A program made the position numbers and the translations under genes. A DNA stretch of 63,948 nt, filler included, from Sandaracinaceae bacterium (lineage in GTDB: Bacteria; Myxococcota_A; Polyangia; Polyangiales; JADJQN01): assembly GCA_947483975.1 (NCBI GenBank). It is 7 parts of 7 records of this genome, joined end to end, with 100 filler letters (N's around TTAATTAATTAA, not from the genome) between each part and the next. Parts side by side here need not be neighbours in the genome. Positions count along the whole stretch, not along the records: positions 1 to 9,584 come from CANKOL010000199.1; 6 more parts are not named here. One strand, 5' to 3'. This document shows, piece after piece, positions 1-9,584 of this stretch; the stretch's first letter is position 1; every line of letters begins with the position of its first letter. Under the pieces are notes generated by a model. It was given only the letters and a program-made list of their open reading frames with translations, ran no database searches and was not told the DNA's origin.

Positions 1-2009
1 CCGAGCAAGCACGCGTTGCTGCAGGCGTCGGCGTCGACGAGGTTGCCGTCGTCGCAGACCTCCCCGGTGTTGAGGACGCCGTTGCCGCAGACGAGCTCCA
101 TGCAGGTCCGCGTCGTCAGGTCGCAGGTGCGCCCCGCCGGGCAGGGAGCGCCGCACGGCGTCTGGCAGATGGACGGCTGGCCCGCGCAGGTCGCCGCCGG
201 CTGGCCGCAGTAGAGATCGAGCGCGTCCTGCGCGCAGCCCGCGCGCGTGCGGAAGTACCGCGCGATCGTGCCCGCGGGGCAGTCCACGACTTGGGTGCTC
301 CCCGGAGTGCCGCCGCCGGTGACGTGGACGTCCGTGGTCGGCCCGACCGGCGTTCCGTCGACCGTCATCGCCTGGCAGACGATGGTCGCGTCGGTGAAGA
401 GCGTCGGCGTGCCGCTCAGGGTCGAGGGCATGCCGCGAATCCCGACGACCGCCGAGCCGCTCGGGCAGAGCGCCTCGGGCGACCACGACGCGGGAGTCCA
501 CCCGCCGCAGCCCGAGCCGCCGCTCTCCTCGCCCGTGGTCCGCGTCGTCGTGACCTCGCCCGTCGCGCTCACCGCGACCGCGCCGCAGATCGCCCGCGTG
601 CCGACGGCCTCGGAGCGCGTGTCGCTCCACAGGAACGCGAGGCCGATCAGCACGTCGTTGCTGCCGCAGCCCATCTGCGGACCAGTTCCGCCGCCGTCCC
701 CGCCGATGCGCCCGGCCAGCGTCTCCATCGAGTACGTGATCGTCGGCGTCGCGCAGCTGCAGTCGAAGCCGCCTTCGATCGTGCAGGTCGGCGAGCAGCC
801 GTCGCCCGCGACGAGGTCGCCGTCGTCGCACGCCTCGCCCGCATCCACACGCCCATCGCCGCACGCCGTCGGGCTCGCCACGCACACGTGCAGCGTGGTG
901 TCGCAGGTCGCGCCGCCCGCGCAGTCGGCGTTCTCGACGCACTCCACGCAGACGTTGGTCGCGCCGCTCGTGTCGCAGATCGGCGTCGCGCCGCCGCAGC
1001 CCGTGTCGGCTACGCCGGGCGCCGCGCTGTCGAGGCAGGGCTGGCACGTCGAGCGCGCCACGTCGCAGACGCCCGTCGCGCAGTAGCGGTCCGCCGTGCA
1101 CTCGACGCAGGTGAGCGAGGCGGGGTTGCACGCCGGCCGGCTCGCGATGCATCCCGAGTCGAGCGTCCCCATCCCGACCGAGCAGAACTGATCGGTGAAC
1201 GAGAGGCGGTAGCGGAGCGTCCGGGGCGCGGTCAGCACGCCGAGCGACCACTCGACGCCGATGCCGTTGTCGGTCGTGTCGCTCGTGTCCTCGACGTTCC
1301 CGAGGTCACGCCCGTTGTCGAACTCGGTCTCGAGCAATTGGCTGTAGAGGCCGGAGAAGAAGAAGTCCCAGGGATCCGCGACTCGGATGAACGCCTCGAA
1401 GACGTCGAGCCGTCGCACGCCGACGACGGCAGGATCCGCCGCGCTCGGGCGGACGTACGCGGGGCCCGCGTCCGACCCGGCGAGGAAGGTGTCGATGGCG
1501 TGATAGAGCCGCACCTGCTGGGTGTTCCCCGCGGGCGGCGTGACCTCGAGGTCGATCAGCATCTCGTCGTCGGGCAGCGTGTAGGTCACCGTCCAGCGCA
1601 CGGTGAAGCCACCGCCGGTGAGCGTGGTCGTGCTCGTCCAGGGGTCGGCGCGGGTGCCGCTGCCGGTGACCGGCGTCTGCCCGCCCGCGGTCCACACGGT
1701 GTCGACGGCGGGCGCCGCGGCGACCGACGACGTGCCGTACACCGTGGCAGTGCCGCTCGGGCCCACCGCGAGGAAGACCCCGTTGTACATATCGGTGCTC
1801 GGGGGCAGGCTGCCGGGCGCGTAGACCTGCCCGGTGCCCGCGCGATGGATCTGGAGCTGCCCAGTCTCGCCCATATTGATGCGGAGGCCGGTCGCGGGAT
1901 CCGCGGTCCCGCCGGTCGGGTTGAGCTCACGCCGCTGGGCGCTCGCCGTACCGGCCGAGAGGGCTACGAACAGGGAGAAAACAGCGAGGATGGCGCGTTG
2001 GTTCTTCAT
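1..2009 (-). CDS. Secreted Cys-rich surface protein with myxobacterial Cys-rich repeats (DUF4215-like), TraA-like layout; 3' end runs off the window
   Basis: Translated by hand (absent from the ORF track because there is no stop in the window). Signal peptide MKNQRAILAVFSLFVALSAGTASAQ, a Cys-free domain of about 250 aa, then repeats such as CGDGRVDAGEACDDGDLVAGDGCSPTC and CGNGVLNTGEVCDDGNLVDADACSNAC. Confidence 0.85.
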   Translation of the reverse strand, partial: MKNQRAILAVFSLFVALSAGTASAQRRELNPTGGTADPATGLRINMGETGQLQIHRAGTGQVYAPGSLPPSTDMYNGVFLAVGPSGTATVYGTSSVAAAPAVDTVWTAGGQTPVTGSGTRADPWTSTTTLTGGGFTVRWTVTYTLPDDEMLIDLEVTPPAGNTQQVRLYHAIDTFLAGSDAGPAYVRPSAADPAVVGVRRLDVFEAFIRVADPWDFFFSGLYSQLLETEFDNGRDLGNVEDTSDTTDNGIGVEWSLGVLTAPRTLRYRLSFTDQFCSVGMGTLDSGCIASRPACNPASLTCVECTADRYCATGVCDVARSTCQPCLDSAAPGVADTGCGGATPICDTSGATNVCVECVENADCAGGATCDTTLHVCVASPTACGDGRVDAGEACDDGDLVAGDGCSPTCTIEGGFDCSCATPTITYSMETLAGRIGGDGGGTGPQMGCGSNDVLIGLAFLWSDTRSEAVGTRAICGAVAVSATGEVTTTRTTGEESGGSGCGGWTPASWSPEALCPSGSAVVGIRGMPSTLSGTPTLFTDATIVCQAMTVDGTPVGPTTDVHVTGGGTPGSTQVVDCPAGTIARYFRTRAGCAQDALDLYCGQPAATCAGQPSICQTPCGAPCPAGRTCDLTTRTCMELVCGNGVLNTGEVCDDGNLVDADACSNACLL

Positions 2010-2014
2010 GGTGC

Positions 2015-3850
2015 TCACCTGTCGATGGTCTCGGAGGTCGGGCCTGTGGTGGTCGTCGTGACGTCGGAGGCGCTGAGGATCTCGAACACCACGCGACGGT
2101 TCTGGGCGTGCTCCGCGGGGGTGTGTGCGTCAGCGACGACGGGGTGGTCAGGGCCGTAGCCGACCGCCGTGAGCCTCGCGGCGTCGATGTGCCCGACGTC
2201 CACCAAGTGCCGCACGACGGACTGGGCGCGCCGCTGCGAGAGGTCGAGGTTGTGCGCGCGAGCGCCGCGGTTGTCGGTGTGTCCGGAGACGCGGATGTGC
2301 GCGATCTCGGGGTGCGCGGTCAGCACCGCGGCGACGTTCGCGAGGAGCGGGAAGCTCCGCGAGAGGATCTCGTCGCGGTCCGTGCGGAAGTAGACCGTCT
2401 CGATGATCACGAGCGAGCCGTCCGAGATGAAGACCGTCTGGACCTCGGCCGCGGGGCAGCCGTAGTTCGCCACGGGCCCGGGCACATCGGGGCAGTTGTC
2501 GCGGCGATCGACGACCGTGTCGGTGTCGCGGTCCGGGTCGGGGCAGCCGTGGTTGTCCGCGACGCCGGCCTCGTTCGGGCACTGGTCGGGCGCGACGTCG
2601 AGGACGCCGTCGCCGTCGTTGTCGGGGTCCGGGCAGCCGTCCTCGTCTTGGAAGCCGTCGCGGTCCTCGGCCTCGGTCGGGCAATGGTCGTTGGGGTCGA
2701 GCAGGCCGTCCCCGTCGGTGTCCGGGATGGTGTCGGGGCAGCCGTCGGTGTCCTGCCACTGGTTGACGGTCTCGGGCACCATCGGGCAGGTGTCGTCGAC
2801 GTCGAGGATGCCGTCGCCGTCGTTGTCCGGGTCCGGGCAGCCGTCAGCGTCTTGGTAGGTGTCGATGTCCTCGACCTGACCGGCGCAGGGATCGACCGGC
2901 GCGGGCGCTTCCCGCGGCAGCGCCCAGCCGACCATCAGCACCGCGCGCACGTCCGGGCTCCCCACGCCCCGCGTGAGGCCGGGGCCCGCGACGGCGCCCA
3001 CCGTGAGGCCGCTCGCGTGCGCGAAGCGGACGCCGCCGAGCGCCTCCGAGGTCGTCGCCTCGCGGCCGAGAAGATCAGAGAACGCCGTCTCCGCGTGGAG
3101 CTGCGCGAGCAGATCGAGGTGCGTCTGAGCGTCGCTCGAAGCCGTCCACACCGGGAACGACACGCCGAGGCCGAGCCGCAGCGCGTTCCCGAAGACGATG
3201 TTGCTCGTCGGCTGAGCGACCGAGCCGCGCACGAGCGCGCCCGCGTTCGCCACGATCCGCAGCCCGCCGCCGGGCCGAAACTCCGCCGTCAGCTCGGGCC
3301 GCACGGACACAGACTCCTCGCCGCGGTACGCGCCGGCGCCGCTGCTCGGCAGGCCGAGCGTCGCCTGCACGCCGAGCGCGAACGCGTCGTCCTCCTCGCC
3401 GAAGAGCCGCGCACGCACGCCGAGGTACGCGTCCCCGAGCCCCGTTCCGTCCGAGGCGCGCGGGCCGAGCCCCGTCACCGTGCTCGCGTCGGCGCCCGAC
3501 ATAGTGAGCACGACCGGCAGCCCTCCGTAGACCACCAAGCGATCGAAGAGGCCGAGGCTCAAGACCACCGTGCCGACCAGCTCGTGCGCGACGATCGAGA
3601 GGCGCTCGGTCGAGGCGTCACCGAGCGTGTCCTCCCAGACGAGCGGGTTCCTCGCGTAGTCGAGGTGCAGCATCGCCCCGAAGCGCAGGTGCCCGAGGTC
3701 AGTCGGGCGGGCGAGCGCGAAGTCGTCCTCGGGCGTCTGAGAGGGCGTGTACGCGTCGAGCGTCGCCGTCTGAGCGAGCGCCGCGGTGGGCAGCGCCAGG
3801 ACCGCAGCCGCGACGAGCAGCGCGTGGATGGGGCGGAGATGCACGGACAT
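2015..3850 (-). CDS. OmpA-family outer-membrane protein: N-terminal beta-barrel, thrombospondin type-3 repeats, C-terminal OmpA peptidoglycan-binding domain (TraB-like)
   Basis: Signal peptide from ATG 3850; repeated DxDGCPDPDNDGDG motifs; C-terminal GHTDNRG...NLDLSQRRAQSV...NRRVVF. Confidence 0.9.
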   Translation of the reverse strand: MSVHLRPIHALLVAAAVLALPTAALAQTATLDAYTPSQTPEDDFALARPTDLGHLRFGAMLHLDYARNPLVWEDTLGDASTERLSIVAHELVGTVVLSLGLFDRLVVYGGLPVVLTMSGADASTVTGLGPRASDGTGLGDAYLGVRARLFGEEDDAFALGVQATLGLPSSGAGAYRGEESVSVRPELTAEFRPGGGLRIVANAGALVRGSVAQPTSNIVFGNALRLGLGVSFPVWTASSDAQTHLDLLAQLHAETAFSDLLGREATTSEALGGVRFAHASGLTVGAVAGPGLTRGVGSPDVRAVLMVGWALPREAPAPVDPCAGQVEDIDTYQDADGCPDPDNDGDGILDVDDTCPMVPETVNQWQDTDGCPDTIPDTDGDGLLDPNDHCPTEAEDRDGFQDEDGCPDPDNDGDGVLDVAPDQCPNEAGVADNHGCPDPDRDTDTVVDRRDNCPDVPGPVANYGCPAAEVQTVFISDGSLVIIETVYFRTDRDEILSRSFPLLANVAAVLTAHPEIAHIRVSGHTDNRGARAHNLDLSQRRAQSVVRHLVDVGHIDAARLTAVGYGPDHPVVADAHTPAEHAQNRRVVFEILSASDVTTTTTGPTSETIDR

Positions 3851-4020
3851 CGGGAGAAGCCTCCTGGTCGCGCCGCAGGGCGAGACGGACGGTCGAACCC
3901 GTCGCACCTAGGGCTCGGGGCCCCGCTGAACAGTGGGGCCGCTCACAATTCTCGCTCACGCTCCGGTTCCCTGCGGGGCGAGCCCATGGAGCGCGAGCGC
4001 GTCCGCCTCGCCCCGCGGCC

Positions 4021-4407
4021 AAGCTGAGCTTGCCGAGCGTGAGGTCGTCGGCCTCCGGCCTAAGCTCAGCTTGGACGGAAAGACCCAAACGGTGGAACCG
4101 CGATAGCTGCGCTTGGGCGGCAGAACCGCGGAGGTCCAAACGGCCAAGCTCAGCTTGCGAGGGACAACGTGGAGGTTGTCGGCGCCAAGCTCAGCTTAGG
4201 CGACAAGACCGAAACGGTTGATCAGCGATAGCTGAGCTTAGGGGGTCCGAACCGCGGAGGTTCGAGCGTCCAAGCTCAGCTTTGGCGGCACAACCGGGAG
4301 GTTGTCGGCGCCAAACTCAGCTTGGACGTGCCGACCGAAACGGTTGATCCGCGATAGCTCAGCTTGGACGGCAAGACCGAAACGGTTGCGCCGCGATAGC
4401 GAAGCGT
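4021..4407. repeat. Intergenic array of about 9-10 units of 41-43 bp with palindromic core (A)AGCT(C/G)AGCTT and a second dyad ACC-N4/5-GGT
   Basis: Cores start at 4022, 4063, 4105, 4147, 4188, 4230, 4273, 4314, 4356, with a degenerate copy at 4398. Confidence 0.9.
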
Positions 4408-4510
4408 CGCGCGCGCCCTACGGCGCCGTGCAGAGCCCTGCGCGGCGAGGTCGTCACAAGTCGCTGCCTCCTTCGCCACGGGCCCGCGACCCGTCGCCGC
4501 GCGAACGCGC

Positions 4511-4777
4511 TCAGATCGGGTCGGGCTGGCAGCTCTTCGTGGAGCCGCCGCTCACGCCGTTGCACGAGTAGCCCGTCGGGCAGTCGTCCATGAGCTCGCA
4601 GACCTTGCGGCACACGTTGCCGGGGCTCTCGTTCGTGCAGACCGCGCCGTCGACGCACTCGCTGAGCGAGCCCGCCGTGTCGCACGCCTCGCCGAGGTCG
4701 GGCGCACCGCAGCCCGCGACGAGCAGGCCCGCGCCTAGGAGCAGTGCGACCGAGAGCGTGCGTAGGGAAAGGGTCAT
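4511..4777 (-). CDS. Small Cys-rich lipoprotein
   Basis: Lipobox LLVAG-C followed by 9 more Cys in about 65 aa. Confidence 0.75.
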   Translation of the reverse strand: MTLSLRTLSVALLLGAGLLVAGCGAPDLGEACDTAGSLSECVDGAVCTNESPGNVCRKVCELMDDCPTGYSCNGVSGGSTKSCQPDPI

Positions 4778-4840
4778 GGCTGCGGATTGTACGACGCGCG
4801 ACGCCAGGGGATTCATTCCCGGCGCGAGCGAGGTTTTTCG

Positions 4841-5323
4841 TCAGTCGATGCGATAGGCCGCGATGGCGCGCTCGACCTCGGGCTGCGCCGCCTCGAAGAC
4901 GTCCTTCTTGCCGCCCGCCTCGAGCACGAAGACGTTGTGGTCCGTGACGAAGACGGTCAGCCAGAAGAAGTACGGGCCGCCGCTCTCGTCGTGCCCGAAG
5001 CGGAGCTGCTTGCCCGCCTCGCCCGACGCCGCGCGCACGTCCTTCTCCTCGAGCAGCGCGTAGCCGCGCACGGTGCGCATGCGGCGCTTGATGGCCTCGA
5101 CCCAGAACGCGAGCGGGCCATACGGGTCGTTCGGGACCTCGCGCACGGCCATCACGACGCCCTCGGCGCTCGTCGCCCGCTGCGTGTAGCTGTCGCCGGG
5201 CTCGGAGAGGTCGATGAAGTTGGGCGGCGGGGTGAGGTGTGAGGCGGCGCCTCCGCACGCTCCGAGGAGCAGCGAGGCGGCGAGGAGCGTGGCGACCAAG
5301 ACGGGGCGTAGCGCGCGGTTCAT
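4841..5323 (-). CDS. Lipoprotein of unknown function, neighbour of the DUF4349 protein
   Basis: Lipobox LLLGA-C; coherent 160-aa ORF starting 4 nt after the DUF4349 gene stop. Confidence 0.8.
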   Translation of the reverse strand: MNRALRPVLVATLLAASLLLGACGGAASHLTPPPNFIDLSEPGDSYTQRATSAEGVVMAVREVPNDPYGPLAFWVEAIKRRMRTVRGYALLEEKDVRAASGEAGKQLRFGHDESGGPYFFWLTVFVTDHNVFVLEAGGKKDVFEAAQPEVERAIAAYRID

Positions 5324-5327
5324 CGCA

Positions 5328-6248
5328 TCACTCCTGATAGGGCAGGTTCAGCAAGCTGCGGAGAGAGAGCTCGTCGAGCCACGGGAACGGCAGGCGGAAC
5401 ACATCGGGCTGATCCGTGGTCGCCGTCGGCGCGGGCTGGAAGAAGACGGTGATGGTCGAGAACGCGATGCGGTCGCCGAGGTACGCCATGCGCCCCTTCA
5501 GCTGCTCGATGACGCCGGTGATGCGCTCGAGCTCCGTCTGCACGGCGAGCGCCTCTTCGACGGTGCGCGCCTGCGCCATCAGCGCCGCGAGGCGGTCGCG
5601 CACGACCTCGGCGTTGCGGAGGCGTATCTGCACGTCGCGGAACTCCTCGCTGACGTCGAGCGCCTCGATGTTGCGGTGGAGCACATCGCCCACCTGCTCG
5701 ATGCGCGCGAGCGCGTCGCGGAACTTGCTCGCGGGCACGCGGATGACGACCTGCTGATCGTTCTGCACGGCGAGAAAGCCGTTCAGCTCCTGCGCGATGG
5801 CGATGACCGAGCGCTGCGTCGTCTCGACCTCGAACACGCTGAGGTGGAGCGTCGCCTGATAGATCAACAGCGGGCCGCGCTGCGCGTCGTCGGCGGCGCC
5901 GTGGGGCGGAGGCGTGGTCGTCGTCGGCACTGCCTGCGGCGGCGACGGTGGCGGCGTGTTCTGCGCGTAAAGCTGCGGTCCATCGGAGTCGCCCGAAGCG
6001 GACGAGCCGGTCGCCGTCGTCATCGGCTGCATCGCGGAGGACGCGCGCGAAGGCGGAGACTCTTCCGAGTCGGACGACGCGGTCTGCACGGACTCGGACT
6101 GGAAACCATACGACGAGCCGCCCGACGACTCGGCGACGGCGTAGTCGCCCGGCGCGGCCGACGGACTCATCGCGTAGCTCGCCGAGCCGCCGCAGGCCGC
6201 CAGCGCCAGGGAGAGCAGCAGTAGCATCCACTTCACACGCGTGCGCAT
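5328..6248 (-). CDS. DUF4349-domain lipoprotein
   Basis: Lipobox ALAA-C, low-complexity linker, then IRVPA..F...DVSEEFRDVQIRL..., a coiled coil and RIAFSTITV, typical of DUF4349. Start codon uncertain. Confidence 0.85.
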   Translation of the reverse strand: MRTRVKWMLLLLSLALAACGGSASYAMSPSAAPGDYAVAESSGGSSYGFQSESVQTASSDSEESPPSRASSAMQPMTTATGSSASGDSDGPQLYAQNTPPPSPPQAVPTTTTPPPHGAADDAQRGPLLIYQATLHLSVFEVETTQRSVIAIAQELNGFLAVQNDQQVVIRVPASKFRDALARIEQVGDVLHRNIEALDVSEEFRDVQIRLRNAEVVRDRLAALMAQARTVEEALAVQTELERITGVIEQLKGRMAYLGDRIAFSTITVFFQPAPTATTDQPDVFRLPFPWLDELSLRSLLNLPYQE

Positions 6249-6339
6249 CACTCGAGCCTCCTGCCGATCGTCGCCACTCGAACGTTGGTGGAACCGCATC
6301 GTATACGCTCCTCGGCCGTCGTTCTGCCCCAATGTGCGG

Positions 6340-7125
6340 CTAGAAACGATAGTCGGCGTAGGCGCCGAACGTCATCATGTCGCGCATCGCGCCGAAGCTC
6401 GGCGAGGCGCCGATCAGATGGTGCCCGCTGACGTCGAGCCCGAGCGCGAGCGCGCCCTCGGAGACGGGATACGCGAGCTCGAGCCCGACGCGCCCCGTCG
6501 CCGCGAACGCGGTGCCGCCCTCGGCTTGGTGCGGGTCGATGGTCACCGTCTCGAGCCCCGCGCCGACGACGGGGTGCACGACAGCGCGCGTGAGGAAGCG
6601 ATAGTTGAACGTCGCGCCCGCGGTGTAGAGCGCGGCGGGCGTCGTGCCGAGGCCGCCGTCGGTGCGCGCGACCTCCATCGCGTCGGGCGCGAGGTCGAAG
6701 CGCAGCGCGAACTCTGCGGCGCCGACGGCGAGCCCGACGTGCAGGCGATACGCGGCGGCGACGCCGGTCACGCCATCGCCGAAGAAGAACAGCCCGCCCA
6801 TGCCCGCGCCCGCGATGACGAGCCCGTGCGTGTCGTAGGCGTCGCGCTCCCGCGAGTCACCCGCGGGGCCCGCGTCGACGTCGGTGGGGTGCGCGTTGAG
6901 CGTGATGTCGACGGTGGTCGTCGTCGTGCCCGTCTGCACGGGCGTGACGTAGTAGGTCGTCACCGGCTGCGTGAGCACGATCGGCCGCTCGACGAAGGTC
7001 TGCACGGCCGGGTCCCAGTACAGCTCGACCGCGGACGCCGAGCGGGGCGCGACGGCCCAAGCGAGAGACAGCGCGGCGAGCGCGAGCGTCGAGAGGCGAG
7101 CGAGGCTTGGGCGGATCGAGGGCAT
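6340..7125 (-). CDS. Exported protein, probable outer-membrane beta-barrel
   Basis: Signal peptide, alternating beta-strand pattern, terminal YRF motif. Confidence 0.7.
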   Translation of the reverse strand: MPSIRPSLARLSTLALAALSLAWAVAPRSASAVELYWDPAVQTFVERPIVLTQPVTTYYVTPVQTGTTTTTVDITLNAHPTDVDAGPAGDSRERDAYDTHGLVIAGAGMGGLFFFGDGVTGVAAAYRLHVGLAVGAAEFALRFDLAPDAMEVARTDGGLGTTPAALYTAGATFNYRFLTRAVVHPVVGAGLETVTIDPHQAEGGTAFAATGRVGLELAYPVSEGALALGLDVSGHHLIGASPSFGAMRDMMTFGAYADYRF

Positions 7126-7173
7126 CGGAGGCTCCGGCGTGAGGGGAAACGTGAGGAGAGAGCCCGCGCGCGG

Positions 7174-9522
7174 TCAGCGCAGGAACGCGGTGACTTGGTC
7201 GGCGCCGAGGTCGGCGGGCGCGGTCGGGTCGATGACGACGGCGCGTTGAGCGTCGAGCGTGACGGTGACCTGCTCGCCGAGCGCGAGCGCGCTCGCGAGG
7301 TCGGGGCGGGCGCGCAGGAGCGCGAAGTACGCGGCGCTCATCGCGCGGAGGCGGAGCGTGCGCATCCCCGCTTGGTAGCGCGAGTCAGTCCAGCCGCCGC
7401 CGCTGCGCGTGAACGTGCGCCCGGCGACGAAGCGCGAGGTGAGCGCGTCGTCGGTGTCGGTGCGCTCGGCCTCGCGCATCGTGCGCAGGCGCGCAGAGAG
7501 CCGCCGACCGCCGTCGCCCATGCCGCCCGAGGGGGCCGCTTGCGGCGCTTGTGGGGCCATGCTTGCGCCCGCTGAGCCGCCGCCCATGCGCGACGGCGGC
7601 GCGACGCTCGCAGAGTCGAACGACTCGAAGTCACGCGAGGCCGACTCGGACGCCGTCGCGGGCGCCGACGAGGGCATGGCTTGGCCACGGTTGCGCTCCT
7701 CGTTCAGCATCGGCATCCCGGGCGTCGAGGGGCGCGTGATCACGGGCACGTTGAGGCCCTGCATCGCGGAGTCCGGCGCGACGAGATAGCTCGTGTACGG
7801 CGTCACGATCCCGAAGCGGCGCGAGAGCGCGACGACCTCGTCGCGGAGCTCCGAGCGCTCGCCGTGCAGGCGAATCTCGTCGAGCAGATAGCCGATCTTC
7901 CGCGTCGCCCAGAGGCGCGGGAGGAAGTCGTTCTGCGCCTCGGTCGCGGGGAAGTTCACGTCGAACGCGAAGGCGTGCGGCGCAGGCTCGGTGCTGAGCT
8001 TGCCGGTCAGCGTGACGTGGCTCGCGCCCGCGTTGCGATAGCGCCCGACGACGAGCAATTGCGCGCCGCGATAGAGGTGCCCGAGGTCGCGCGGGTAGGT
8101 GTCGAAGGAGCTGATCCCGGGCAGCGCGAGCGCGAGGTCGGTCAGCAGCGGATACGCGACGCGGTCGTAGAACGACGAGAGGCGGCGCTCCATCTCGGCG
8201 CCGTCGCGGAAGTAGTCGCCGACGCCGCGGTTGGCCGTCGCGAGCGCGTCGAGGAACGTCGTGTTCACGTCGTCGCCGACGCCGAAGACGAACAGCCGCG
8301 CATCGCCCGAGCGGCGCGCGACCTCGTCGACGATGCGCGAGGGCTCCGTCTCGCCGACGGTCGGCATCCCGTCGGTCAGGAACACGACCATGCGCGGCAG
8401 CCCGCTCACCGCGGGCGCGCGGAGCGCCTCGACGAGCGCGGGCTGGATCGCCGTGCCGCCCGCCGCCGCGAAGCCGCGCGCGAACCGCCGCGCCCGCGCG
8501 AGGTTCTCGGGCGTCGCCGCTGCGCTCGCGCCCCCATCGAAGAGCACCTCGACGTCCGTCGAGAAGCGCACGACCTGAAATTTGTCGGTCGGGCGCAGCC
8601 GCTGGAGCATGTAGTCGAGCGCCGCGCGCGCGCGCTCGAGCTTCTCGCCCGCCATCGAGCCCGAGGTGTCGAAGACGAAGAGCACCTCCTTCGAAGCGAT
8701 CTCCGCGTCGGTGACCTGCGAGCGCGGCGCGATCATCGCGAGGAAGTAGCCGTCCTCGCCGGGCTGCCGGTGCGTCAGCAGCGACAAGCCGACGTCGCTG
8801 TCTTGCACCGCGTAATAGAGGTCGAAGTCGGTGTCGAGCGTCGCCGCGTTCGCCTCGAAGCCGATGGTCGCGTGGTGGTCGTCGGGGCGCGCGACGGAGA
8901 TGCTGTGCGTCGGCGAGTAGACCGCGCGGATCGCCGTGCGCGAGACGATCTCGGCGGAGATGGTCAGGTCCTCCATCGTGCGCGCCGCGCGCCCGCCGGT
9001 GCGGAGCGGATAGCGGTAGTGGATGACGCCGCCGTCGTACGGCAGCACCTGCGTGAAGCTCAGCTCGATGCGCTGATCGCTGTTCGGCTCGATCGGGAAG
9101 ACGCGCGCGCGAAACAGATTGCCGCCCATCGACTCGACGAGCCCCGGGTCGCGCATACGCGCCACGATCTGCTCGTAGATGCTGCGCGCTTGGCCCGCGT
9201 CGAGCAGCTCGCCCTGCAGGCGCTGCCCGTTGACCCACATCGCGAAGCCGCTGACCGACGCGCCCGCCGGCACCGGGAAGATGTACGTCGCCTCGAGGCG
9301 CTGCCCGGTGTTGTTGCGGAAGACCTGCTCGATCCGCGTCTCGGCCGAGCGCTCGCGGACCGTGACCGTCACGCGATGGCTGCGGATCATCAGCGGCTCG
9401 AGGTTCGCTTGCGTCGGCAGGAGCACGCCGATGGCGTGCGCGCTCCCCGGGTGCACGACGGCGACGAGCCCGGCGAAGAGGACAGAGGCAACCAGAGCGC
9501 GGGCGTTGGGCATGGAGTGCAT
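7174..9522 (-). CDS. VIT + von Willebrand factor A domain protein (inter-alpha-trypsin inhibitor-like), exported
   Basis: VIT motif LEATYIFPVP..ASVSGF; MIDAS motif FVFDTSGSM, GGT, FLTDG; later VTPYTSYLV. Confidence 0.9.
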   Translation of the reverse strand: MHSMPNARALVASVLFAGLVAVVHPGSAHAIGVLLPTQANLEPLMIRSHRVTVTVRERSAETRIEQVFRNNTGQRLEATYIFPVPAGASVSGFAMWVNGQRLQGELLDAGQARSIYEQIVARMRDPGLVESMGGNLFRARVFPIEPNSDQRIELSFTQVLPYDGGVIHYRYPLRTGGRAARTMEDLTISAEIVSRTAIRAVYSPTHSISVARPDDHHATIGFEANAATLDTDFDLYYAVQDSDVGLSLLTHRQPGEDGYFLAMIAPRSQVTDAEIASKEVLFVFDTSGSMAGEKLERARAALDYMLQRLRPTDKFQVVRFSTDVEVLFDGGASAAATPENLARARRFARGFAAAGGTAIQPALVEALRAPAVSGLPRMVVFLTDGMPTVGETEPSRIVDEVARRSGDARLFVFGVGDDVNTTFLDALATANRGVGDYFRDGAEMERRLSSFYDRVAYPLLTDLALALPGISSFDTYPRDLGHLYRGAQLLVVGRYRNAGASHVTLTGKLSTEPAPHAFAFDVNFPATEAQNDFLPRLWATRKIGYLLDEIRLHGERSELRDEVVALSRRFGIVTPYTSYLVAPDSAMQGLNVPVITRPSTPGMPMLNEERNRGQAMPSSAPATASESASRDFESFDSASVAPPSRMGGGSAGASMAPQAPQAAPSGGMGDGGRRLSARLRTMREAERTDTDDALTSRFVAGRTFTRSGGGWTDSRYQAGMRTLRLRAMSAAYFALLRARPDLASALALGEQVTVTLDAQRAVVIDPTAPADLGADQVTAFLR

Positions 9523-9584
9523 GGGACCTTCCCCTCCGTGGGTCCCGGGCTCCGACGTGCAGCCTCCGAGAAGGATCTACGAAG

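Noticed and set aside
4021..4407. CRISPR array call
   Set aside because: The conserved core is only about 11 bp, the intervening sequences are related to each other, and there are no cas genes. Kept as an unexplained array instead.
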